Positions 13,516 to 25,305 of a stretch of DNA of 64,000 bases are shown piece after piece. The position numbers were made by a program, and so were the translations under genes. The DNA is from Zootoca vivipara. Its lineage: Eukaryota. Every line of letters starts with the position of its first letter. The first letter of the stretch is position 1. The notes under the pieces are model-generated. The model saw only the letters and a list, made by a program, of their open reading frames with translations. It ran no database searches and was not told the DNA's origin. Location: positions 22,010,001 to 22,074,000 of the forward strand of contig NC_083288.1 in NCBI RefSeq assembly GCF_963506605.1, written 5' to 3'.

Positions 13516-14073
13516 TCTTTTCATCCCTACCTTTCTTTTTTAGTTTTTAGTAAGTTTCTAGCATTTGTGGCGTATGAGATATAAGGCAAAGTGTATGGGC
13601 ACTCTCCTTCTCATTTTTGGTGAGACGTTAGCCGGCTCCCCTCCTCTTTTCAGCGTTTTACTTCCCACCCACCCTGGGGGGAAATCCTGCAGGTGACCAT
13701 GGACAACCTGTGGGACAATCTGCAGCCATCCTTTCCATACCCCTCAATATCTCCTGGAAGATAGACGGTATGCATGGAGAGTTGAGATGGGCAGGCCAGG
13801 CCGTGACTGATCAAAGCAAGCAGTGGGGAGAAGCCAGCACTGGGAGCTGCTTGCCTCCCATATGGCAGGTGGCAGACAGTGGAGAGCAGGAGAGGCAGTT
13901 GGCCAGCTCGTGTCAGGGCATGTCTTACAGCCATGTCTGGTTCAAGCAACGCCAAAAGCTGTCGCACAAGCCCACACACAAGCCACAAGGCTCACCCCGC
14001 CCCCCCTTGCTTCCTACCTAGCAAGTAATGTGTGCAAGCCCATGGCTGCACCACAGCAGCCTTCACGACAGGA

Positions 14074-14320
14074 TATAATAATAATTTATTATTTGTACCC
14101 CGCCCATCTGGCTGAGTCTCCCCAGCCACTCTGGGCGGCTCCCAATCGAGTATTAAAACAATACAGCATTAAATATTAAAAAAAACTTCCCTAAACAGGG
14201 CTGCCTTCAGATGTCTTTTAAAAATAGGATAGCTGCTTATTTCCTTGACATCTGATGGGAGGGCGTTCCACAGGGCGGGTGCCACTACCGAGAAGGCCCT
14301 CTGTCTGATTCCCTGTAACA
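14074..14320 (-). mobile_element. L2 LINE 3' fragment
   Basis: Same 3' UTR as the other L2 copies; (TAA)n tail. Confidence 0.85.
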
Positions 14321-14982
14321 GGATGTCACAGGAGATGGGAGAAGACTATTCTCATGGTTGGACATTTGTTTTTGGAAGATGAACAACAACAGCTCATTCG
14401 CCAAGTACAGGATATATGAGGCACAGGTATCGGAAATCATTCATTTGGAAGGTATACAAATTTTGAGGTTTGAGGGGGTACCGAGAGCAGCAAAGTCCAT
14501 CACCTGTTGACCTTGGGGAAGGACATCTTTACCTGGCGCAGCAGACACCACTAGATGGTAGCAGAGTGCTTCTTTGCACAGCATATCGATGGAATTCACT
14601 ACCACAAGATGTAGTGACAGCCACCAGCTTAGACTTTTTTAAAAAATAAAAATAAAAAGGGGGGATTAGATGAATTCACAGAAGATAACGTCATCCATGG
14701 CTGCCAGTCAGGATATCGATATATTGCCTCCAGTATCAGATGCAGTCTGTCTCCAAATACCAGATGTTGGGGGAAAGAAGCAATGCCTTGGCCCATATTG
14801 TGATTATTTAAGTGGTACTATGGCTGCAAAAGGACAATAGAGTTGTTCTGGAGCTGGAAACCATCTTGAAAAGCTTGCCAAACCAGAAGAAGCTCTAAAA
14901 AGGAGAGGGGCAGAGAATCATCTAAATTGAAGAACCGGAAGTTACAAGATAGTGCTTATAGAAAAAGGAATATGCTTTAAAA

Positions 14983-15294
14983 ATGTCTAGGGCTGATAAA
15001 ATGAGCATCCTGGTGTGAGGAGCTTTGGAGCAGAGGACAAAGACAAGCAAGTGATCACTTTCTTGAATACTTTATCTTGGTGGAACCAAATGGTGCTGGA
15101 AAAACGACTATCATACAATGTGTCTCAATTATATTTGCACTGGGGAAAACTCATTTGTTCATGACCCAAAAGTCGCCAATGAAACAGATGTCAGAGCTCA
15201 AATTCGACTTCATTTTCGTGATGTTAATGGAGAGCTTGTCCAAAGATCCATGGCATGCACACAAAAGGGAAAGAAAATGGAATTTAAAGCTCTT
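14983..15294 (+). pseudogene. RAD50: RAD50 processed pseudogene fragment (N-terminal ATPase, Walker A region)
   Basis: Reads [98 protein letters not shown], colinear with the vertebrate RAD50 N-terminus. Several frameshifts and deletions; no introns. Confidence 0.92.
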
Positions 15295-15502
15295 CCTACC
15301 CAGGCATGAGAGACAGGCTCTGCCATGAACCAAATAGGTTTGGCTGTTCTTACTTCAACAGCAAGTAAGAGTGTGGGGGGAGTGTTACTAAGCTATTGTC
15401 CTGCTTGCATGCTTCACCTAGCCATCTTGCTGGCTACTGTCAGAACAGGATGCTGAATTTAGCTTGATCCAGCAGGGCTTATCCCAGGGAGGCATACAAC
15501 CT

Positions 15503-15631
15503 TGGATAGCTCAGTTGGTTGGAGTGTGGTGCTGATAACACCAAGGTTGCAGCTTCAAACAGCTGCATATTCCTGCATTGCAGGGGGTTGGACTAGATGA
15601 CCCTCATGGTCCCTTCCAACTCTATGATTCT
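15503..15631 (+). mobile_element. tRNA(Ile)-headed SINE with CR1-derived tail (Squam2-like)
   Basis: tagctcagttggttggagtgtggtgctgataacaccaaggttgca head; ggttggactagatgaccct...cccttccaactctatgattct tail. Confidence 0.75.
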
Positions 15632-15856
15632 GAGTAAATTTCTAAGGTAGCAGGAGGAGACCCAAAAAGGGTTCCATGGCTTCCTAGTAGAGCATCTGCA
15701 TTGCATGCGCAAGATCCCAGGTTCAATTCCTGGCATGGAAATGACTCCTGCCGGAAGTGCTTCTGTGAGTCAATGTAGAGGTAGACAGATTTGGTATAAG
15801 GTGGCCTCCTATATTTTAAATGTTCCAAGAAATATGGTAGCTACATTTGAAGAGGA

Positions 15857-18135
15857 GCATCTGGCTGGGTTTCCCCAGCCACTCTGGGCGGCTTCCAACA
15901 GAAAAATAAAACACAGTAATCTATTAAACATTAAAAGCGTCCCTGAACAGGGCTGCCTTCAGATGTCTTCTAAAAATCTGGTAGTTTTTTTCCTCTTTGA
16001 CATCTGTTGGGAGGGTGATCCACAGGGCAGGCACCACCATTGAGAAGGCCCTCTGCCTAGTTCCCTGCAACTTGGCTTCTCGCAGCGAGGGAACCGCCAG
16101 AAGGCCCTCGGTGCTGGACCTCAGTGTCTGGGCAGAATGATGGAGGTGGAGATGCTCCTTCAGGTATACTGGACCAAGGCCATTTAGGGCTTTAAAGGTC
16201 AGCACCAACACTTTGAATTGTGCTCGGAAACGTACTGGGAGCCAATGTAGATCTTTCAAGACCGGTGTTATGTGGTCTCGGCGGCCGCTCCCAGTCCCCA
16301 GTCTAGCTGCCGCATTCTGGATTAGTTGTAGTTTCCGAGTCACCTTCAAAGGTAGCCCCACGTAGAGCGCATTGCAGTAGTCCAAGCGGGAGATAACTAG
16401 AGCATGCACCACTCTGGGGAGACAGTCAGTGGGCAGGTAGGGTCTCAGCCTGCATACCAGATGGAGCTGATAGACAGCTGCCCTGGACACAGAATTGACC
16501 TGCGCCTCCATGGACAGCTATGAGTCCAGAATGACTCCCAGGCTGCGCACCTGGTCCTTCAGTGGCACAGTTACCCCATTCAGAACCAGGGAATCCTCCA
16601 CACCTGCCCACCTCCTGTCCCCCACGAAAAGTTCTTCTGTCTTGTCAGGATTCAACCTCAATCTGTTAGCCGCCATCCATCCTCCAACCGCCTCCAGGCA
16701 CTCACACAGGACCTTCACTGCCTTCACTGGTTCTGATTTGAAAGAGAGGTAGAGCTGGCTATCATCCGCATACTGATGAACACCCAGCCCAAACCCCCTG
16801 GTGATCTCTCCCAGCGGCTGCATGTAGATGTTAAAAAGCATGGGGGAGAGAACAGAACCCTGAGGCACCCCACAAGTGAGAGCCCAGGGGTCTGAACACT
16901 CACCCCCACCACCACTTTCTGAACCTGGCCCAGGAGGAAGGGAGCGGAACCACTGTATAACAGTGCCCCCAGCTCCCAACCCCTCTAGACGGTCCAGAAG
17001 GATGTTATGGTCGATGGTGTCAAAAGCCGCTGAGAGATCCAGCAGGACTAGGAAACAGCTCTCACCTTTGTCCCTAGCCTGCCGGAGATCATCAACCAGT
17101 GCAACCAGGGCAGTTTCAGTCCCATGATGAGGCCTGAATCCTGACTGGAAGGGATCCAAATGTTCCGCTTCTTCCAGGCGTGCCTGGAGTTGTTCAGCAA
17201 CCACTCGCTCAATCACCTTGCCCAAGAATGGAAGATTTGAGACTGGGCAAAAGTTGGCCATATTAGCCGCATCTAAAGATGGTTTTTTAAGAAGCGGTTT
17301 AATGACCGCCTCTTTCAGCGGGTCTGGGAATACTCCCTCATAGAGGGAAGCATTTACCACCCCACGGAGCCCATCGGCCAGCCCTTCCCGGCTCACTTTT
17401 ATTAGCCAGGATGGGCAAGGGTCAAGGAGACAGGTGGTTGGTTTCACTCGTCCAAGCAGCCTGTCCACATCCTCGGAGGTAACAGATTGAAATTGATCCC
17501 ATGAAACATGACTAGACAGGGCTCCAGCACTCTCCCGCCCCGGCCCTGCTCCCACGGTGGAGTCTACCTCCCTCCGAATCTGAGAGACTTTATCTGCAAA
17601 AAACTTTGCAAAAGCATTGCAGGAGATATTGGGGTCCCTACCAGGCCCTGATGACGAAGGTGGTTCAGATAGATTGCGAACCACCTGGAACAGTCTCCTG
17701 CTGCTGTTTTCTGCAGATGCGACAGAAATGGTGAAGAAGGTCCTCTTCGCCGTCGCCATTGCCACTTGGTAGGCTCGAAGTTGAGCTCTAGCCCATGTTC
17801 GGTCGGATTCAGAATGAGTTTTCTGCCGCCGGCGCTCTAGCCGTCTCAATGACTGTTTCATCGCCGTCAGCTCCGGGGGAAACCACAATCGGAGAGGGCG
17901 TTTCAGAGACAAACAGTCAATAGCCCTGGTTAGCTCCACATTCCAGCGGGCCACCAGGGAATCGGCTGAAAGGCCATCAACATGGGATAAAGCATCCCCT
18001 ACCACTCTCTGGAAACCATTTGGATCCATTAAGTGGCGGGGCGGACCATCTGAATAGGTCCCACCTCCCTGCAGAGGGGAAGGGTCGCGGAGAAGTCCAG
18101 TTGCACCAGGTAGTGATCTGACCATGGCACTTCGT
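15857..18135 (-). mobile_element. L2-clade LINE ORF2 (end of APE endonuclease plus RT), truncated and inactivated
   Basis: PWSDHYLV endonuclease motif at ~18105-18130. RT motifs DPFQSGFR, LLDLSAAFDTIDH, GVPQGSVLSP, YADD; C-terminal HWLPVRFRAQFK. In-frame TAG at 16518-16520 separates the 535-aa and 195-aa ORFs. Local compensated frameshift near 16900-16940. The 3' tail is missing. Confidence 0.95.
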
Positions 18136-18485
18136 TAGTTTAACTTTTACTTAGTGTCAGATCACCAGTGCCCCTAAAGCATTTTTATCACAAATAGAGC
18201 CAACTTGTACATTCAGCAAAATCAGGTGGTACAGCTTTTCCAGGATTGTGTATCACTTCAGGCATGTTATTTAGCTTTGCATGTTTGAATGTTCTCCCGC
18301 GGTGGTTGTGTGTGTGGATAACTCTGCACACAGAAAACCAGCACATCAAGAAGAGGGTGGAGCCTAACTTTCTTCCTGATGCAGACGTTTTCTGAGTGAA
18401 GGGAATCTGGATGCTTCCTCAGGAAAAGCAGGACTCTCTGCCTGCAGCTTGATAACGTATTAACTGATTCATAGTCTGTTTAAAC

Positions 18486-18621
18486 CAGGCATCCCCAAAC
18501 TTCGGCCCTCCAGATGTTTTGGACTACAATTCCCATCATCCCTGACCACTGGGCCTCTTAGCTAGGGATCATGGGAGTTGTAGGCCAAAAAATCTGGAGG
18601 GCCGCAGTTTGAGGATGCCTG
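18486..18621. mobile_element. Palindromic hAT (Charlie/URR1-like) MITE
   Basis: caggcatccccaaac...gtttgaggatgcctg, nearly fully self-complementary; perfect 8-bp TSD gtttaaac (18478-18485, 18622-18629). Confidence 0.9.
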
Positions 18622-19841
18622 GTTTAAACCACCCAACTCTCCTTGTGTCCTAGAGAAAGAGCTGCTTTCTTCATTCTCAGGCAACACCATCCCAGAGATG
18701 AATGCCATTTTTAAACAAATGCTTTTGGGGTTTTGCTATGAATTCCTGCACCTGGAGAATTCTGTGTCACTCCAAAGCTTGCGCACACACAAAATGTGAA
18801 CACTCGGATTCGACCAAGAGAAGTCGTCGCTTTCTCCTCCTCTGGAAAGCGCATAGCTGCTGGGGACTCTCTGATCCTGTAGCTTTGCACATTCAAGTTT
18901 CACACCCCCTTCTCCTCTCTGGAGATCACTTGCTTCCAATAATAGAAGGCAAACCGCACAGTTATTTTCCATGCTCTGCGATCTATAAAACAGCTCGCCT
19001 CTTCCCTCTTCCACAGCCCTCTGACTGAAAGAGGCAGAGGGAACTGAGTCTGGTTCATTAACATAAAGCCAATCAGCTAAACAAACATGTGCATCATGAC
19101 AGCATTCGCCCAAAATAACGAGGGAAAGGGATCGTTTTATTCATCTCCGATTCTGCCCTTGCCAACGGTAATGGCAGCCGTGCCGGGGGGGGGGGGGGGA
19201 GCGCCAACTGACAGGTGGTTGTTTAAGTCCCCATTATCAAGTCATTTAGTGCAGCAGGGACTAGCTGCCTCCCTCTTTTCTTGACAAGACTGATCGTATT
19301 TCCAGCACTGGGGACAGCAGGGTGTATGGAAGTGGGGGAAGATGGTTAGGACAGGAAAGTGTTGTTGCATTGTTTACACCCCTTGTACGCAGTGAGGGAA
19401 CAGGGGGCTGGGTGACCTTGGATCCTTCCCTCTGCCTCAGCTTCGTGGCACGAAGCAGTCCCCTTGTGTGGTGAACAATGCAGCGCAGAACCATAATTCT
19501 GTTTTCACGTAAATAAAAGAACAAAATTCAATAGCTAAAAACACCCCTGTGGGAACAACAAACGGCTGGTGAACAAACTGGTTATGCATGCTGGAAAGGC
19601 CTACCTGGGACTGTGGGCTCCTGAGCCTGGGTTGAATTTATTTATTTATCACAGCGATATCGTTCATTTATTTATTTTACAGTATGCATTTACAGCCTGC
19701 CCATCCTCAAGCTGTCCCATGCAGGGTCACATACAGCTTTAAAAATTTAGTTACAGGTAGGTAACCGTGTTGGTCTGAGTCGAAGCAAAATAAAAAAATC
19801 CCTTCACTAGCACCTTAAAGACCAACTAAGTTTTTATTTTG

Positions 19842-19879
19842 GTATGAGCTTTCGTGTGCATGCACACTTCTTCAGATAC
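19842..19879 (-). ncRNA. Minimal type I hammerhead ribozyme motif (Penelope left arm)
   Basis: Minus strand reads gtat-CTGAAGA-a-gtgtgcatgcacac-GAAA-gc-TC-atac. Confidence 0.7.
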
Positions 19880-20402
19880 ACTTGAAACAGAAGAGTCAGG
19901 CCCTTATGTATATACAGAGGGTGGTGGGGGTGGTGCCACCACCATCAAATGCCAACAGTGCCCTTCAGCTCTCTATATTGGACGAACAGGCCAAACCCTA
20001 CGCCAAAGGATAAATGGACATAAATCTGACATCAGGAACCACAAGACAGAGAAACCAGTAGGAGAACACTTCAATCTCCCAGGACATTCTATACAAGATC
20101 TCAAAGCAGCTGTTTTATTACAGAAAAATTTCAGGAACAGACTGGAAAGAGAAGTTTCTGAATTGGAACTCATTACCAAGCTTAAAACCATGGAGCCACC
20201 TGGGATGAAGAAAGACATAGGATTCTTATCTCATTATGCATGATCAAGCTTTCTTTAGCGCCTCAGCCCTTGCTTTTCCCCTGCAGAACCAATTGCAGTC
20301 ATCAGCAGTTGTTAACAGCCATCTACAGGTTTATCACTCCCATCAGCCCAACCCCCACCATCCTCTGTATATACATAAGGGTCTGACTCTTCTGTTTCAA
20401 GT

Positions 20403-20440
20403 GTATCTGAAGAAGTGTGCATGCATACGAAAGCTCATAC
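20403..20440 (+). ncRNA. Minimal type I hammerhead ribozyme motif (Penelope right arm)
   Basis: gtat-CTGAAGA-a-gtgtgc(at)gcatac-GAAA-gc-TC-atac; predicted cleavage after C20436. Confidence 0.7.
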
Positions 20441-22775
20441 CAAAATAAAAACTTAGTTGGTCTTTAAGGTGCTACTGAAGGAATTTTTTTATTTAGCTTT
20501 AAAAATGTACAGTCTGGATGTGACCAGTGTGGGTAGATCCCCATGGGAGAAACATTTTCTTCCTTTTCCTAAAGTGCTACATTGGGGCTACAGCACCGAA
20601 CACATGTCAGGGGAGGGAACTGCCGCATGCTTGCACCCAGCTTGTTAAAGAACGAAGGAACGAAAAAGCATGAATGAAAGGAGGGAGGAAACTGTGAGGA
20701 AGGGGGGGGGAGGCAGAAAAGGAGAAGACTTCATCTCCCCGCATGCCCTATCTTCCCTCGATGAATAGGCAGCTAGATGAGTGAACATTGTCAAGAACAC
20801 CAGAAAGGAGAAGCCGATGCTTTTAATCAGGGAGTATTCATGAGGAAAATGAATGCAAAGGGAAAAAAGGCAAGAGCAACATTAAGAGAGGGTTGGAAGC
20901 TAAATGCTGCAAGCCACAGAATCATCGCACCATATTCCCCTGCCCCCCCTTGTTGGAAGAAATGGGGACAAAGGTAGGGTGGAAGAAGTGACAGGAGGTG
21001 GTGATAGTGACGGGTGGGGAACAGGAGAGAAAATGTTCTTCTAGTCTCCAAGGAGAATCTGCTACCTTTTTTTTTTTTAAGGCCGAGCAGCCCTCCTAAA
21101 CATATACAGTTAAGACCTTGTGTGCCCCTTTTACCTCTGGGGCACAAAACAATGCTGTAAGCCAGGGATCGGGAACATTCCATTGCTCCACAGACCAGAT
21201 CCTTATCACAGTTGACCTCATGGGTGAAATCTGACAGGGACTGCCTACCTGTCAATTACCTGACTTCACAATGGTGTCAGGTGTTTTGCCGCTTTCAAGT
21301 CCCAGAGAAAAAACATCTCTCTAAAATGGAGGGGGAAAGCCCTCTTGTTTCAGCAGGGGTTGATTCAGGAAGGGTTTGCATTGGGAACCTTGCAGAACTG
21401 AGCAGGATTTAATGCCCCAAGGCTGCAGGATTTAACAAACACGCACCCATCAGTGGGTGACTGGGTAAGTCCTTCTGCCTTGGCTTCACATGCCAGGAAC
21501 CGGCTCGTGCAGCCGACAAATAATTGAACCTCATTCCCCTGCCCATCAGCTGACATCATCTGCAGAATGATGTCAGATGATTGACAGGTGGGGGAAGTGA
21601 AATGGTGTCTCAGGGCAAACTGGAGCCCCTGGATTGGACCTGCAGGCCAGAAGTCCCCCACCCCTGGTGTAAGGGAACAGGATGCCGGGGAGCACATTGC
21701 TGCATCAAATAACATTTCCTTGAGATGGAGGTAGTGAGGTTTTGCTCAAAATGAAGATCTAAGCCAGGGGTCACCAACATGGTGCCTGTCGGGACACGGC
21801 TGCCCAGGGAGGCCTTCCCTGGTGCCCGTGGGGTCCCTCTGCCCATGCTGAAATTAGGGTGCAGAGCTCCTACCTCTGCCACAGCAATGACAGGGGACCC
21901 AGGAAAGCAGCCTCACTTATCTATATCACAAGTGCCCATAGAATTGTTGGAAGGGACCCAAGGACCATCTAGTCCAAGTCCTGCAATGCAGGAATATTTT
22001 TGTCCAATGGGGGCTTATTAAGGTTTGTGTGTTTTAAATTTCTTCACTGCTGTCAGTTCCTTCAGGCTTCATGGCTGCCTACTAGTAATGTGGTTAAGTT
22101 TGGACGTGTGATGGAGGCAGGGTTATCTTTAAAATGGTTTATTAAGGGGACTTTATATACAAAAGGGAGATCCGACACCTATTACTGGGGACCTGAGGTG
22201 CTAGCAGGCAGTTGTCACAGACTCAAGAGCCACTGCTGTTGGCTTGTCCCTCAAACAAATTACTTTCACACCTTTCACCAACCAATTCCTTACTGACTGA
22301 CTGACTGACCGACTGAATCTCTCACTGACATACTCTCTCGGACTGTTGATCTCCAACTGACCATGAACTGTCTGACTGAATTTTCTAGCCAATCAGAGTG
22401 AAATTTGCCTGACCCAAGCCCTGCCTCTTTCCCTCTCTGCCAGGAGCTTTCACCTAACAACCACTGCTAAACAGGCTCAGAATATTTTAACATTATAAGG
22501 CCCTTATGACAGTCATGACGAGGTCACAGCATACATCTTCCTTTTGAGTGTAAGCAGATACAGTATACAACTTTTGCCACAGGGTGAAAGAAGCATTATG
22601 TTGCAGCCCATGGAACAGGTTGCAGTTTGTACTTACTTTGTTGCCATGTGTGTGTGAAGCAGCAACACATTCTCCAGTTTGCAAACATGCCCACGTGTCC
22701 CAAAAGAATATCAATCCCTGATCTAAATCATTGTTAGTCAGGAAAGATATCTGTCTCAGAACAGATTGATTAGTG

Positions 22776-23214
22776 GTTCTGGATTCAGGTAGGTAGCCGT
22801 GTTGGACTGACGCAGTCAAAATATATAAAATAATAATAATATAATAATATAAAAAAATTGTCCAGTAGCACCTTAGAGACCAACTAAGTTTGTTTTTGGT
22901 ATAAAAGCTTTTGTGTGCATGCACACTTCTACAGATACACTGAAACAGGTCACCAGACCCTTTTATATAGTGGGAGGGTGGGGTGGGGTATGTTTACCAT
23001 ACCCATTGAGTCAATCACCCATCTCCTACTACCCTCCTAAGAAAAACCCCATCCCACCCTCCCTAGTGACTTCTAGTGACTTCTAGAAGTCTAGTGACTT
23101 CTGTTTCAGTGTATCTGAAGAAGTGTGCACGCACACGAAAGCTCATACCTAGAACAAACTTAGTTGGTCTCTAAGGTGCTACTGGACAAAGTTTTATTAT
23201 TATTTTATATATTT
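22776..23214. mobile_element. Non-coding Penelope-like insertion (inverted pseudo-LTR arms only)
   Basis: Same caggtaggtagccgtgttgg terminus and tagcacctta.agaccaactaag motif as the 19747 element; inverted arms; 13-bp TSD agattgattagtg (22763-22775, 23215-23227). Confidence 0.85.
23111..23148 (+). ncRNA. Minimal type I hammerhead ribozyme motif
   Basis: gtat-CTGAAGA-a-gtgtgc(ac)gcacac-GAAA-gc-TC-atac. Confidence 0.7.
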
Positions 23215-23785
23215 AGATTGATTAGTGACAGTGAGATGTATATGTGTTTGAGTGAGTGTTTTAACTTTACATGGTAGCTGTGCAGCTTGGCTCATTTGTC
23301 ATCTGAAGCTATTGTTCCATAAGTATTTTGTATTATGTACTGTGCAAACAGAAGCCTAAAGCTGCATAGTCAGTTCTATGTCTGATTGTATGGACAACTT
23401 TTATGACAAGGGGCTGGACTTCTTAGAAAGGGTCATCTTTATAGTTCTACGAACATGGATTTCCAGCAGCTATGAATAGCAGCAGACACCAGGGCATATG
23501 AACATTCAACAGTACAGCTTCTAATTTATTTGTGCTGAAAAGTATCCACACAACAAAATGCTCACTTTATGGTGGCTTATAATATCCTCAGATAGAACAA
23601 AGTGACACAAAATAAGAGGGGGAAATAAATGTACAGCAATAAAAACAGCAGAAAACAGAAGAGAAGGAAAAGTAGCAGAAAATTAGCAAACACAACCCAA
23701 AAAGTCTGCTTAAATGTTTTCCATGCCCACTAAAGGTGAGCATTGAGGAAGTCTACTAAACCTCCCCAAGGTGAGTGCCAGGATA

Positions 23786-24125
23786 AAGGTAAAGGGACCC
23801 CTGACCATTAGGTCCAGTCGTGACCGACTCTGGGGTTTCGGCACTCATCTCACATTATTGGCCGAGGGAGCCAGCGTACAGCTTCAAGGTCATGTGGCCA
23901 GCATGACAAAGCTGCTTCTGGCAAACCAGAGCAGCACTCGGAAATGCCGTTTACCTTCCCACCGGAGCGGTACCTATTTATCTACTTGCACTTTGATGTG
24001 CTTTCAAACTGCTAGGTTTGCAGGGGCAGGGACTAAGCAACGGGAGCTCACCCCATCGCGGGGATTTGAACCGCTGACCTTCTGATCGGAAGCCCTAGGC
24101 TCTGTGGTTTAACCCACAGTGCCAC
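23786..24125 (-). mobile_element. Sauria SINE, near full length
   Basis: tRNA-like head (gtggcactgtgggttaaaccacagagcc...ggttcaaatccc), central Sauria domain, acctttacct tail; 12-bp TSD agtgccaggata (23774-23785, 24126-24137). Confidence 0.93.
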
Positions 24126-24645
24126 AGTGCCAGGATAGAGTCCATCTATTTCTTTGCTTGTTACATGGAAGCCTTATTATGCAATTCCAGTGGAAGTTGG
24201 AATGGAAAGCAGTACATGAACAGGAGTATTATTGAAGTTCCTCTTTTATAACAAATTACAAATAGCAATTATCCAATTTTTAATTTTTCATCCCCGCCCC
24301 CCGCAACTTCTCTCATCTTCCATTTATGGTTTGTTACAAAAATTGTTATCTTCTTCATGAACAGGAAAATATTAGAGAAGATGAATTAGGAGACATTGCT
24401 GGTATCTCTACTTTTCTTTTTTACAGCCAACAGGCATCCAGAAAATACTATGGGTTGGATCCATACTAAGGCTTCAGTGCTAACCCCAGTTACATAGGAG
24501 TAAGCCCCCTCTGAATTCAAAGGTTCAGTGAATTCATGGTTAGGATGGCAGAGTTAGGTGCAGTTCGTTCTTACTGAAATCAATGGGACAGACTCATAAA
24601 ACTGGAAAGGTTATCATAGGTCAGCGACTACATAACTCTGTTGAT

Positions 24646-25305
24646 GAATCATAGAATGATAGAGTTGGAAGAGACCACCAGGGCCATGCAGTCTAACCCC
24701 CTGCCAAGCAGGAAACACCATCAAAGCATTCCTGACATATGGCTGTCAAGCCTCCGCTTAAAGACCTCCAAATAAGGAGACTCCACCACACTCCTTGGCA
24801 GCAAATTCCACTGTCGAACAGCTCTTACTGTCAGGAAGTTCTTCCTAATGCTTAGGTGGAATCTTATTTCTTGTAGTTTTAATCCATTGCTTTATGTCCG
24901 CTTCTCTGGAGCAGTAGAAAACAACCTTTCTCCCTCCTCTATATGACATCCTTTTATATATCTGAACATATCACCCCTTAACCTTCTCTTCTCTAGGCTA
25001 AACATACCCAGCTCCCTAAGCCGTTCCTCATAAGGCATCATTTCCAGACCTTTGACCATTTTGGTTGCCCTCTTCAGGGCACGTTCCAACTTGTCAGTAT
25101 CCTTCTTGAACTGTGGTGCCCAGAACTGGACACAGTAGTCTAGGTGAGGTCTGACCAGAGCAGAATACAGTGGTACTATTACTTCCCTTGATCTAGATGC
25201 TATACTCTTATTGATGCAGCCCAGAATTGCATTGGCTTTTTTAGCTGCTGCATCACACCGTTGACTCATGTCAAGTTTGTGGTCTACCAAGACTCCTAGA
25301 TTCCA
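24646..25305 (-). mobile_element. CR1 LINE 3' fragment
   Basis: [25 protein letters not shown]...[20 protein letters not shown]...[21 protein letters not shown]; ATTCTATGATTC tail. Confidence 0.95.

Larger units (their letters stand above)
19747..20494 (+). mobile_element. Penelope-like retroelement: GIY-YIG endonuclease C-terminus flanked by inverted pseudo-LTR arms
   Basis: ORF 19940-20243: IKCQQCPSALYIGRTGQTLRQRINGHKSDIRN...PVGEHFNLPGHS...RLEREVSELELI. Arms ~19787-19930 and ~20351-20494 are reverse complements. 12-bp TSD agctttaaaaat (19735-19746, 20495-20506). Confidence 0.9.

Noticed and set aside
15077-15328. Functional RAD50 or ABC-ATPase exon
   Set aside because: Multiple frameshifts and deletions, a substitution in Walker A and no splice sites; it is a pseudogene.
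15503-15560. tRNA-Ile gene (also at 42001)
   Set aside because: The T-arm and acceptor stem are degenerate and it is fused to a CR1-like tail; it is a SINE head.
15924-18125. 535-aa and 195-aa ORFs as a cellular gene or a novel RT system
   Set aside because: Standard L2 ORF2 with a premature stop, truncated at both ends; several matching 3' fragments occur in the window.
18486-18621. pre-miRNA hairpin
   Set aside because: Explained by a palindromic MITE with a TSD and a second copy at 39297.
22089-22492. Solo LTR
   Set aside because: TG...CA ends and a minus-strand AATAAA are present, but there is no TSD or second copy; too weak to call.
23063-23101. CRISPR-like short repeats (ctagtgactt)
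   Set aside because: A 10-bp tandem slippage without unique spacers, inside a Penelope remnant in a vertebrate genome.
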